The position numbers were made by a program, and so were the translations under genes. A model generated the notes under the pieces. The model was not told where the DNA came from, searched no databases, and saw nothing but the letters and a program-made list of their open reading frames with translations. 52,246 nt of DNA from Malacoraja senta (taxonomy: Eukaryota), in assembly GCA_038087875.1 (NCBI GenBank), contig JAXLNO010000523.1:1-52246 (forward strand). The letters are read 5' to 3'. Positions 20,600-31,320 of the stretch are shown here, piece after piece (position 1 is the first letter of the stretch; every line of letters begins with the position of its first letter).

Positions 20600-21420
20600 G
20601 AAACATAGAAACATAGAAACATAGAAAATAGGTGCAGGAGGACGCCATTCGGCCCTTCGAGCCAGCACCGCCATTCATTGTGATCATGGCTGATCGTCCC
20701 CAATCAACAACCCGTGCCTGCCTTCTCCCCATATCCCTTGACTCCACTAGCCCCTAGAGCTCTATCTAACTCTCTCTTAAATCCATCCAGTGACTTGGCC
20801 TCCACTGCCCTCTGTGGCAGGGAATTCCACAAATTCACAACTCTCTGGGTGAACAAGTTTTTCTCACCTCAGTCTTAAATGACCTCCCATTTATTCTTAG
20901 ACTGTGTGGCCCCTGGTTCTGGACTCGCCCCAACATTGGAAACATTTTTCTTGCATCTAGCTTGTCCAGTCCTTTTATAATTTTATATATTTCTATAAGA
21001 TATCCCCTCATCCTTCTAAACTCCAGTGAATACAAGCCTAGTCTTTTCAATCTTTCCTCACATGACAGTCCCGCCATCCCAGGGATCAATCTCGCGAACC
21101 TACGCTGCACTGCCTCAATCACACGGATGTCCTTCCTCAAATTAGGAGACCAAAACTGTACACAATACTCCAGATGTGGTCTCATCAGAGCCCTATACAA
21201 CTGCCGAAGATCCTCTTTACTCCTATACTGAAATCCTCTTGTTATGAAGGCCGACATTCCATTAGCTTTAGGTAGACAAAAATGCTGGAGAAACTCAGCG
21301 GGTGCAGCAGCATCTATGGAGCGAAGGAAATAGGCAACATTTCGGGCTGAAACCCTTCTTTCCTCACTGCCTGCTGTACCTGTAAGCCAACTTTCAGTGA
21401 CCGGTGTACAAGGACGCCCA
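20600..21420 (-). mobile_element. CR1/HER1 3' fragment, tail-to-tail with a plus-strand CR1 tail at 20460-20600; Penelope mini-insert at ~21270-21358
   Basis: [32 protein letters not shown], (TTTCTATG)n tail. Confidence 0.9.
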
Positions 21421-21734
21421 GGTCTCGCTGCACCTCCCCCTTACCCAACCTAACCCCTTTGAAAAATAATCTGAATGGCCTACTCCTGCACCTATTGTCC
21501 ATTGTCATTCATTCATTCAAATACAGACTGTTTTCAATAGGGAACCACTTATTTTTAGACTGGACATCAGCTGGCGAATCTCAATAAGAGGGAACACACT
21601 CTCCACATCCTCTCTGGTGACATACAACACTGGTGTTAGGGGGAGCGTTTCTCTCCTTAGGCACAACTCAACAACTAGAGAGCCGTCCCGAACTAATATC
21701 TATCTCACTTACATCTTACTCACTAATATCTAAC

Positions 21735-22420
21735 TAACTTACAAAATTCTTAAGGGGTTGGACAGGCTAGATGCAGGAAGATTGCTGGGATGTCAAGACT
21801 TTCATATGAAGAAAGACTGGATAGACTCGGCTTGTACTCGCTAGAATTCAGGAGATTGAGGGGGGATCTTATAGAAACATACAAAATTCTTATGGGGTTG
21901 GACAGGCTAGATGCAGGAAGATTGTTCCCGATGTTGGGGAAGTCCAGGACAAGGGGTCACAGCTTAAGGATAAGGGGGAAATCCTTTAAGACCGAGATGA
22001 GGAAAAACTTTTTCACACAGAGAGTGGTGAATCTCTGGAACTCTCTGCCACAGAGGGTAGTTGAGGCCAGTTCATTGGCTATATTTAAGAGGGAGTTAGA
22101 TGTGGCCCTTGTGGCTAAAGGGATCAGGGGGTATGGAGAGAAGGCAGGTACGGGATACTGAGTTGGATGATCAGCCATGATCATATTGAATGGCGGTGCA
22201 GGCTCGAAGGGCCGAATGGCCTACTCCTGCACCTATTTTCTATGTATCTATGTATCTATGGCCCTTGTGGCTAAAGGGATCAGGGGGTATGGAGAGAAGG
22301 CAGGTACGGGATACTGAGTTGGATGATCAGCCATGATCATATTGAATGGCGATTGGTGCAGGCTCGAAGGGCCGAATGGCCTACTCCTGCACCTATTTTC
22401 TATGTTTCTATGTTTCTATC
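21735..22420 (+). mobile_element. Young CR1/HER1 3' fragment with a duplicated 3' end (22258-22418)
   Basis: ORF 21790-22161 is the CR1 C-terminus and the last ~150 bp are repeated in tandem. Confidence 0.92.
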
Positions 22421-22831
22421 TCATCGGGGCCCCGCGGGCGAACTGTGACTGGAATTGACTGCTTTACCTTGAACTAAACGTTATTCCCTTATCATGTATC
22501 TGTACACTGTAAATGGCTCCAATGTAATCAGATCGACAGACACATAATGCTGCAGTGGTCTGGGCTGCATCCACAATTTGCGGGAATTTCTTGCGGTCTT
22601 GGATGGAGCTGTTCCACAACTATGCTGTGATGCATAAGGGGTGATAAAGGGTGATCGGGATAGATCCCGAAATGTCTCCGATCAAGGGTTCCGACCCGAA
22701 AGGTCGCCTATTTTATTTTTTTCCAGAGAGGCTGCCTGACCCGCTGAGTAACGCCAGCACCTTGTGTATAACTGTGGGGAAAGTAAAATGGGTGTAAATG
22801 GGCTGGCACGGACTTGGTGGGCCGAAGGGCT

Positions 22832-23378
22832 TAGATACATAGAAAATAGGTGCAGGAGTAGGCCATTCGGCCCTTCGAGCCTGCACCGCCATTCAATATG
22901 ATCATGGCTGATCATCCAACTCAGTATCCCGTACCTGCCTTCTCTCCATACCCCCTGATCCCCTTTAGCCACAAGGGCCACATCTAACTCCCTCTTAAAT
23001 ATAGCCAATGAACTGGCCTCAACTACCCTCTGTGGCAGAGAGTTCCAGAGATTCACCACTCTCTGTGTGAAAAAGTTTTCCTCATCTCAGTCTTAAAGGA
23101 TTTCCCCCTTATCCTTAAGCTGTGACCCCTTGTCCTGGACTTCCCCAACATCGGGAACAATCTTCCTGCATCTAGCCTGTCCAACCCCATAAGAATTTTG
23201 TACGCTCTATAAGATCCCCTCTCAATCTCCTAAATTCTAGCGAGTATAAGCCAAGTCTATCCAGTCTTTCTTCATATGAAAGTCCTGACATCCCAGAATC
23301 AGTCTGGTGAACCTTCTCTGCACTCCCTCTATGGCTATAATGTCCTTCCTCAGATTTGGAGACCAAAACTGTACAAAA
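22832..23378 (-). mobile_element. Young CR1/HER1 3' fragment
   Basis: Near-identical reverse complement of 21785-22260. Confidence 0.92.
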
Positions 23379-23454
23379 CTTATCTCTAAAGTTCCAATAA
23401 CGCATTTTGCCCGGCCTTTTACATGTACGTTTTGCTCAACAAAGAGTTTACAGG

Positions 23455-23760
23455 GACACCTCGGTGTCACAGCGGTAGAGTTGCTGCCGCACAGCGCCAG
23501 AGACCCGGGTGCGATCCTGACCACGGGTGCTGTCTGTACGGAGTTTGTACGTTCACCCCATGACCTGCGTGGGCTTTCAACGAGGTCTTCAGTTGCACAT
23601 TCCAAAGACGTGCAGTTTTGCAGGTGAATTGGCTCGGTCTGATTGTAAATTGTCCCCAGTGTATGTAGGGTCGTGCTAGTGTGTGGGGATCGCTGGTCGG
23701 CGCGGACCCGGTGGGCCGAAGGGCCTGTCCGTGCTGTATCTCCAAACGAAATAAGGTAAA
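23455..23760 (+). mobile_element. HE1-type SINE
   Basis: cagcggtagagttgctgcc head, central domain and gggccgaagggcctgt tail. Confidence 0.88.
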
Positions 23761-23796
23761 CTGGGACAAATTGAGGAATGACTTGATATATAGAGT

Positions 23797-24078
23797 GAGT
23801 CCCACTGCAAATTGGAGGAGCAGCATCTCATATTTCGCTTGGGTAGTTTACACCCAGCGGTATGAACATTGGCTTCTCTAATTTCAGGTAGTCCCTGCTT
23901 TCCCCTCCCCCTTCCCAGCTCATCCACAGCCCACTGTCTCCGCCTCTTCCTTCTTCTTCCCGCCCCAGCCCCCCACATCAGTCTGAAGAAGGGTCTCGAC
24001 CCGAAACGTCACCTATTCCTTCGCTCCATAGATGCTGCCTCAACCCGCTGAGTTTCTCCAGCATTTTTGTCTACCTTT
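23797..24078 (+). mobile_element. Penelope-like element 3' end (endonuclease C-terminus, pyrimidine tract, terminal module)
   Basis: SHCKLEEQHLIFRLGSLHPSGMNI followed by the hammerhead-like motif and tail. Confidence 0.85.
23978..24014 (+). ncRNA. Putative minimal type I hammerhead ribozyme (Penelope-associated)
   Basis: CUGAAGA-a-GGGU(CUCG)ACCC-GAAA-CGUC: core boxes, stem II, palindromic ACGU stem III and a GUC cleavage triplet. Stem I is weak. Confidence 0.6.
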
Positions 24079-24089
24079 GAATTATAGAA

Positions 24090-24745
24090 ACTTAGAAACA
24101 TAGAAACATAGAAAATAGGTGCAGGAGTAGGCCATTCGGCCCTTCGAGCCTGCACCGCCATTTGATACGATCATGGCTGAACATCCAACTCAGTATCCCA
24201 TCCCTGCCTTCTCTCCATACCCCCTGATCCCTTCAGCCACAAGGGCCACATCTAACTCCCTCTTAAATATAGCCAATGAACTGGCCTCAACTACCTTCTG
24301 TGGCAGAGAATTCCACGGATTCACCACTCTCTGTGTAAAAATGATTTCCTCATCTCGGTCCTAAAAGTCTTCCCCCTTATCCTTAAACTGTGACCCCTAG
24401 TCCTGGACTTCCCCAACATTGGGAACAATCTTCCTGCATCTAACCTGTCCAACCCCTTAAGAATTTTGTAAGTTTTCTATAAGATCCCCCCTCAATCTTC
24501 TAAATTCTAGCGGAGTACAAGCCGAGTCTATCCAGTCTTTCTTCATATGAAAGTCCTGCCATCCCAGGAATCAGTCTGGTGAACCTTCTCTGCACTCCCT
24601 CTATGGCAAGAATGTCCTTCCTCAGATTAGGAGACCAAACTGTACGCAATACTCCAGGTGTGGTCTCACCAAGACCCTGTACAACTGCAGTAGAACCTCC
24701 CTGCTCCTATACTCAAATCCTTTTGCTATGAAAGCTAACATACCA
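24090..24745 (-). mobile_element. CR1/HER1 3' fragment
   Basis: [37 protein letters not shown], (TTTCTATG)n tail. Confidence 0.9.
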
Positions 24746-25189
24746 TTATCTTGCGGCTCTTCACCAAATGAGCAGTCCAAGTTTGCCGATTGTCTGCATC
24801 TGCCATGGCAACGGCAGGAGGGGAGGACAATGAGCCAGGAAATGGAACAAAAGGCGAGGAATTTTAGCAGTGTGGCAGGCAAATTCTCCAGCACCATCCA
24901 CCACAGTGTTATGAAAACTGCTACCCCTTCTGTGTGCCTTTCCAAATACACCACTTCGACTTCATTATGTGTGTTGCAACAAGCTCCCGAGCAGCTTTCA
25001 ACCTTGTCGACGCTCCTAGACACCCCCACGTCCGCAACACGCCCCGTGTCAAGCAACACAGGAACAGGCCCTTCGGCCGGCCAGGTCCATGCTGACCATC
25101 AGGCATCTAAACCGATCCACCAGCACTTGTTCTGTGGCCTTCCATACGCTGACGATTCCAGTGTTTGTCCAAATACCTTCACCAGATCA

Positions 25190-25650
25190 TAATAAGGGAC
25201 AGGAGCAGAATCAGGCCATTCGGCCCATCAAGTCTGCTCCGCCATTCATCCATGGCTGATCTATCTCTCCCTCCTAACCTCATTCCCCTGCCTCCTCCCC
25301 ATGACCCCTGACACCCGTACTAATCAAGAATCTATCTACCTCTGCCTTAAATATATCCACTGACTTGGCCTCCACAGCCTTCTGTGGCAAAGAATTCCAC
25401 AGATTCACCACCCTCTGACTGAAGAAATTCCTCCTCATCTCCATCCAAAAGGAAAGTCCTTTAATTCTGAGGTACACAAAAATGCTGGAGAAACTCAGCG
25501 GGTGCAGCAGCATCTATGGGGGCGAAGGAAATAGGCAACGTTTCGGGCCGAAACCCTTCTTCAGACTGATTCCTTTAATTCTGAGGCTGTGCCCTCTGGT
25601 CCTGGACTCTCCCACTAGTGGAAACATCTACTCTATCCAAGCCATTCAGT
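25190..25650 (-). mobile_element. CR1 3' fragment (second subfamily) with a Penelope mini-insert
   Basis: [27 protein letters not shown]. Confidence 0.85.
25473..25570 (-). mobile_element. Penelope-derived 98-bp mini-insertion with a hammerhead-like motif
   Basis: TSD tcctttaattctgagg (25457-25472 and 25571-25586). Minus strand reads atcagtCTGAAGAagggtttcggcccGAAAcgtt. Confidence 0.85.
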
Positions 25651-25729
25651 ATTCTGCAGTTTAGTTTACTTTAAGTTGAGAGATACAGCCTGGAAAAAAA
25701 GCCCTTCAGCCCATCAAGTCCATGCCAGC

Positions 25730-26025
25730 GAGGACACGGTGGGAGCAGCGGTAGAGTTGCTGCCTCACGGCGCCAGAGACCCGGGTTCCATCCCGGCTAC
25801 GAGTGCTTTCTGTAACGCATTTGTAAGTTCTCCCCGTGACCCGCGTGGGTTTTCTCCGGGTGCTCCGGTTTCCTCCCGCACTCCAAAGGCCGACAGGTTT
25901 GTAGGTTAATTGGCTTTGGTAAGTTGTAAAATTGTCCCTGGTGTGTGTAGCTTAATGTACGGGGTGATCGCTGGTCGGCGCGGGCTCGGTGGACTGAAGG
26001 GAGTGTTTCCCCGCGGTATCTCTGA
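25730..26025 (+). mobile_element. HE1-type SINE
   Basis: Head, central domain and tail present. Confidence 0.85.
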
Positions 26026-26034
26026 AGTCTCATC

Positions 26035-26245
26035 CAACACACTGGGGAACATTTACAGAAGCCAATTAACCCACAAACCTGCGTGTCCTTGGAGTGGGGG
26101 AGGAAACCGGAGCACCCGGAGAAAACCCACGCGGTCACAGGGAGAACGTACAAACTCCGCAGAGACAGCATCCGTAGTCAGGATGGAACCCGTGTCTCTG
26201 GTGCTGCAAGCGCTGTAAGGCACCAACTCGACCGCTGTACCACCG
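26035..26245 (-). mobile_element. HE1-type SINE, inverted relative to the previous copy
   Basis: Reverse-complement head and central domain. Confidence 0.85.
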
Positions 26246-26314
26246 GGCTGCCATAGTGAGTATCCCAGAGCCATATGTGCGGAAACAAGCACTTCGACCC
26301 ACCCAACTCCGAAC

Positions 26315-26855
26315 AAGGGTCGAGACCCTTCTTCAGACTGATGTGGGGGGGGGGGTGGGAAGAAGAAAGGAAGAGGCGGAGACAGTGGGCTGTGGGAGAG
26401 CTGGGAAGGGGAGGGGAAGGAGGGAGAAAGCAGGGACCACCTGAAATTGGACGTCAATGTTCATACCGCTGGGGTGTAAACCACCCAAGCGGAATATGAG
26501 GTGCTGCTCCTCCAATTTACGGTGGGACTCACTCTGGCCATGGAGGAGGCCCAGGACAGAGAGGTCGGATTCGGAATGGGAGGGGGAGTTGAAGTGCTGA
26601 GCCACCGGGAGATCAGGTTGGTTAATGCGGACCGAGCGGAGGTGTTGGGCGAAGCGATCGCCAAGCCTACGCTTGGTCTCACCGATGTAGAGCAGCTGAC
26701 ACATAGAGCAGCGGATGCAATAGATGAGGTTGGAGGAGGTGCAGGTGAACCTCTGCCGCACCTGGAAAGACTGCTTGGGTCCTTGGATGGAGTCAAGGGG
26801 GGAGGTAAAGTGACAAGTGTAGCATTTCCTGCGGTTGTAAGGGAAAGTGCCCGGA
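26315..26855 (-). mobile_element. Penelope-like (Neptune-type) element fragment encoding a GIY-YIG endonuclease
   Basis: FTCTSSNLIYCIRC..C..LYIGETKRRLGDRFAQH...PVAQHFN...KLEEQHLIFRLG.L.PSGMN, with an upstream Zn-linker remnant TFPYNRRKCYTC. Confidence 0.9.
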
Positions 26856-26904
26856 GAATAGTGGAGTGGATGTTTCCACTAGTGGGAGAGTCTAGGACCA
26901 GAGG

Positions 26905-27385
26905 CCAGCAACATAATCAAGGACCAGTCACACCCCGCCACTCTCTCTTCTCCCCTCTCCCATCGGGCAAGAGGTACAGAAGTGTGAAAACGCACACCTC
27001 CAGATTCAGAGACAGTTTCTTCCCAGCTGTTATCAGGCAACTGAACAATCCTACCACAACCAGACAGCAGTCCTGAACCACTATCTACCTCATTGGTGAC
27101 CCTCGGACTATCCTTGATCGGACTTTGCTGGCGTTACCTTGCACTAATCGTCATTCCCTTACCATGTATCTGTGGCTCGACCGTAATCTTGTATTGTCTT
27201 TCCGCTGCTACCCAGCATGCAACAAAACAATTTCACTGTATCTCGGTGCACGTGACAATAAACCAAACTGTTAACTTACGACTGTGCGGCCAAACGTAGT
27301 TCAGTTTGGTTTATTGTCACGAGTACCGAGGTACAGTGACAAGCTTTGTTGCGTGCAAACCAGTCAGCGGAAAGACAATACAATA
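26905..27385. mobile_element. Rex1/Babar 3' ends, tail-to-tail (26905-27275 plus; 27295-27385 minus)
   Basis: HSLFSPLPSGKRYRSVKTHTSRFRDSFFPAVIRQLN with gtgacaataaa tails. Confidence 0.8.
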
Positions 27386-27925
27386 CAATACCCTTTATTG
27401 TCATTCGAACCTCAAATGAAATTTGGTTTCTGCAGTCATTCAACAAGAAAAGAACCAAGACACACCAACACAATTTACGCAAACATCCATCACAGTGAAT
27501 CTCCTCCTCACTGTGATGGAAGGCAAAGTCTTGTCTCTCCCCTGCACTCCCCATTCTCCTCCCGATGTTAAAGCCCCCAGCGGGCGATGGCAAGTCCCGC
27601 GGCCGTTAAAGCCGCGCCGGGCGATGTAAGGCCCAGCCCGGGTCTTGATGTTGGAGCCCCCAGCGGGCGATGGCAAGTCCTGCGGCCATTAAAGCCGCAC
27701 CGGGCGATGTAAGGCCCCGCTCCGGGTCGCCTTCAACCCCGCAACTCGGGCGGGAGAAGTTGCCGTTGCCGTTGCGGGAGCTCCGAAAAGCGGTCTCCCA
27801 CGAGGGACCCGCGAGCTCCCGATGTCACCGTCCACCGGGCCTGCGGCTGGAGCCTCCGAATCTCCGGGGTCGGGTCGCAGCCGCGCGTCACCGCAGCTCT
27901 CCACGCTCCAAAGCCGGCCAGCCCC
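27385..27925 (-). mobile_element. 'Family B' GC-rich retroposon, 3' half (partly duplicated at 31021-31320)
   Basis: Same hairpin tccatcacagtga/tcactgtgatgga (27486-27520) and gacaataaa tail, with an internal ~84-bp tandem repeat. Confidence 0.72.
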
Positions 27926-29258
27926 ACATAGATAGATACATAGATACATAGAAAATAGGTGCAGGAGTAGGCATTCGGCCCTTCGAGCCTGCACCGCCAT
28001 TCAATATGATCATGGCTGATCATCCAACTCAGTATCCCGTACCTGCCTTCTCTCCATACCCCCTGATCCCTTTAGCCACAAGGGCCACATCTAACTCCCT
28101 CTTAAATATAGCCAATGAACTGGCCTCAACTACCCTCTGTAGCAGAGAGTTCCAGAGATTCACCACTCTCTGTGTGAAAAAGTTTTTCCTCATCTCGGTC
28201 TTAAAGGATTTCCCCCTTATCCTTAAGCTGTGACCCCTTGTCCTGGACTTCCCCAACATCGGGAACAATCTTCCTGCATCTAGCCTGTCCAACCCCATAA
28301 GAATTTTGTACGTTTCTATAAGATCCCCTCTCAATCTCCTAAATTCTAGCGAGTATAAGCCAAGTCTATCCAGTCTTTCTTCATATGAAAGTCCTGACAT
28401 CCCAGGAATCAGTCTGGTGAACCTTCTCTGCACTCCCCTCTATGGCTATAATGTCCTTCCTCAGATTTGGAGACAAAACTGTACACAATACTCCAGGTGT
28501 GGTCTCACCAAGACCCTGTACAACTGCAGTAGAACCTCCCTGCTCCTATACTCAAATCCTCTTGCTATGAAGGCCAACATACCATTCGCTTTCTTCACTG
28601 CCCTGCTGCACCTGCATACCTACTTTCAATGACTGGTGTACCATGACACCCAGGTCTCGCTGCATCTCCCCATTTCCTAATCGGCCACCATTTAGATAAT
28701 AGTCTGCCTTCCCGTTTTTGCCACCAAAGTGGATAACCTCACATTTATCCACATTATACTGCATCTGCCAAACATTTGCCCACTCACCCAGCCTATCCAA
28801 GTCACCTTGCAGTCTCCTAGCATCCTCCTCACAGCTAACACTGCCCCTCAGGTTAGTGTCATCCGCAAACTTGGAGATGTTGCCTTCAATTCCCTCATCC
28901 AGATCATTAATATATATTGTAAATAGCTGGGCTCCCAGCACTGAGCCTTGTGGTACCCCACTAGTCACTGCCTGCCATTGTGAAAAGGACCCGTTTACTC
29001 CTACTCTTTGCTTCCTGTTTGCCAGCCAGTTCTCTATCCACATCAATACTGAACCCCCAATACCGTGTGCTTTAAGTTTGTATCCTAATCTCTTATGTGG
29101 TACCTTGTCGAAAGCCTTCTGAAAGTCCAGATACAACACATCCACTGGTTCTCCCCTATCCACTCTACTAGTTATATCCTCGAAAAATTCTATAAGATTC
29201 GTCAGACACGATTTACCTTTCGTAAATCCATGCTGACTTTGTCCAATGATTTCACCAC
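27926..29258 (-). mobile_element. CR1/HER1 LINE with RT domain (copy 1, several 1-bp indels)
   Basis: QHGFTKGKSCLTNL, YLDFQKAFDKVPH, GVPQGSVLG, KFADDT. Confidence 0.95.
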
Positions 29259-29477
29259 TGTAACAAGATGGACACGAAAAGAAGAAGACCTTACTCTTTA
29301 CTAGGTTGTACGCAAAACAAAGCATTTCACGGCACCCAGGTCACAGAATCCTAGAGTGAAACAGCGTGTAAACAGGCCCTTCGGCCCAACTTGTGCGCCA
29401 ACATGTCCCAGCTACACTAGTCCCACCTGCCTGCACTTGGTCCATATCCCTCCAAAACCTGTCTATCCATGCACCTG

Positions 29478-29850
29478 TTTCATTTTTGTTCATTTTTATT
29501 TATTAGATGTACATTACATTACAACCAATTACATTAGTACTCATCACATATATCTTATTACAATTAATGTACTCCGTCATTTTTTACACTGATAAAAAGG
29601 AAAGGTTGAGATTAAGAAAAAAGGGAAAGTAAAGGAAAATAGTGAAGGGGCAAAAAACGTGACAACAGGAAAGAACAGAGGCCCTGCAGAAAAGAAATTA
29701 TAAAAGAAAGGATTAAGAGATCGACCCTAAAGAAGAAAGAAAAGAGAAAAAGGAAAAAAGAGAAAAACAAATACTTTGTTATAAGCATCACGCAAATGGG
29801 ACATACCAACCCTCCAGCTTTCATCCCCCTTTACCTGACCTCAGTTTTGT
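29478..29850 (-). mobile_element. Probable L1-type 3' UTR fragment inserted in a CR1 tail (duplicated at ~32870-33240)
   Basis: T-rich UTR ending aataaataaaaatg on the minus strand. Flanking CR1 rejoins around acctgtt. Confidence 0.5.
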
Positions 29851-29974
29851 ACCTGTTTCTTAAACGTTGGGCTAGTCCCACCTTCAACTACCTCCTCTGG
29901 CAGCTCGTTCCATACACCCACCCACCTCTGTGTGAATAGGTACAGGTGGCAATAAAGTCGCATTGAATCATTGG

Positions 29975-30545
29975 ATAAATGCTGGAGTAACTCGGCGGGA
30001 CGGGCAGCATCTGTGGAGAGAAGGAATGGGTGACGTTTCGGGGTCGAGACCCTTCTTCAGACTGAGAGTCAGGGATAAGGGAAAGGAGAGATATAGACGG
30101 TGGATGTGGAGAGATAAAGAACAATGAATGAAAGACGTGCAAAAAAGTTACGATGAAAAAGGAAACAGGCCATAGTTAGCTGTTTTGTTAAAGAAGGACC
30201 TGCAGATGCTGGAAAATCGAAGGTACATTAAAAAAATGATGGAGAACCTCAGCGGGTGCAGCAGCATCTATGGAGCGAAGGAAATAGGCAACGTTTCGGG
30301 TCTGAAGAAGGGTTTCGGCCCGAAACGTTGCCTATTTCCTTCGCTCCATAGATGCTGCTGCACCCGCTGAGTTTCTCCAGCATTTTGTGTACCATAGTTA
30401 GCTGTTTGTTGGTTTGTTCGGACTGAAGAAGGGTCTCGACCCCGAAACGTCACCCATTCCAACTCTCCAGAGACGCTGCCTGAGTTACTCCAGCTATTTG
30501 TGTCTATCTTCAGTTTGAACCAGCATCTGCAGTTCCTCCCCTGCA
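29975..30545. mobile_element. Cluster of Penelope-derived modules in inverted arrangement (duplicated at 33368-33935)
   Basis: Hammerhead-like motifs at ~30028-30063 (-), 30298-30333 (+) and 30423-30455 (+). Inner insert 30186-30391 has TSD ccatagttagctgttt. Confidence 0.8.
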
Positions 30546-31320
30546 CGTTGAATCGTTGGGTTCTGAGCCCTTCAGCGCATGTTCGGGGTAGGGGGGGGTT
30601 GGGGGTGGGGAGGTGTTGTTGAGGGGAGGACTGGAGGGGAAGTGAGGGGGGGGGGGGGCTGTTCGGTGTCAGCCTGGCAACAACTTACCACAGACTTGCT
30701 CCCAGCCCTGGCTCAGACAAGCAACGAGACACCCCGATGGTGTGTCCGGCCCCTCGCTCCCCTTTTCTCCATGGGCTCCGTGACCAGAAGGACGGTCGGC
30801 TGTGTCACAACTCCACGACGGGGAGACGGGAGTCCAAGAGGCAAGTGGTCCCCTCCGCCGAATGCCCCGCCGTTAGATCTCGCCCACCACTTCACTCGAA
30901 CCCAGGGCAATGGAAAGGCTCCCGATCTTCTCCGGTCCCAGGGTCTTGGTCCAGGAGATAGCTCCTGCGTTGTTTGTGTAAGCTGGGATGAACGCACAGA
31001 GGAGGACGAGCTTTGCTTCTTAAGGCCCAGCCCGGGTCTTGATGTTGGAGCCCCCAGCGGGCGATGGCAAGTCCTGCGGCCATTAAAGCCGCACCGGGCG
31101 ATTGTAAGGCCCCGCTCCGGGTCGCCTTCAACCCCGCAACTCGGGCGGGAGAAGTTGCCGTTGCCGTTGCGGGAGCTCCGAAAAGCGGTCTCCCACGAGG
31201 GACCCGCGAGCTCCCGATGTCACCGTCCACCGGGCCTGCGGCTGGAGCCTCCGAATCTCCGGGGTCGGGTCGCAGCCGCGCGTCACCGCAGCTCTCCACG
31301 CTCCAAAGCCGGCCAGCCCC

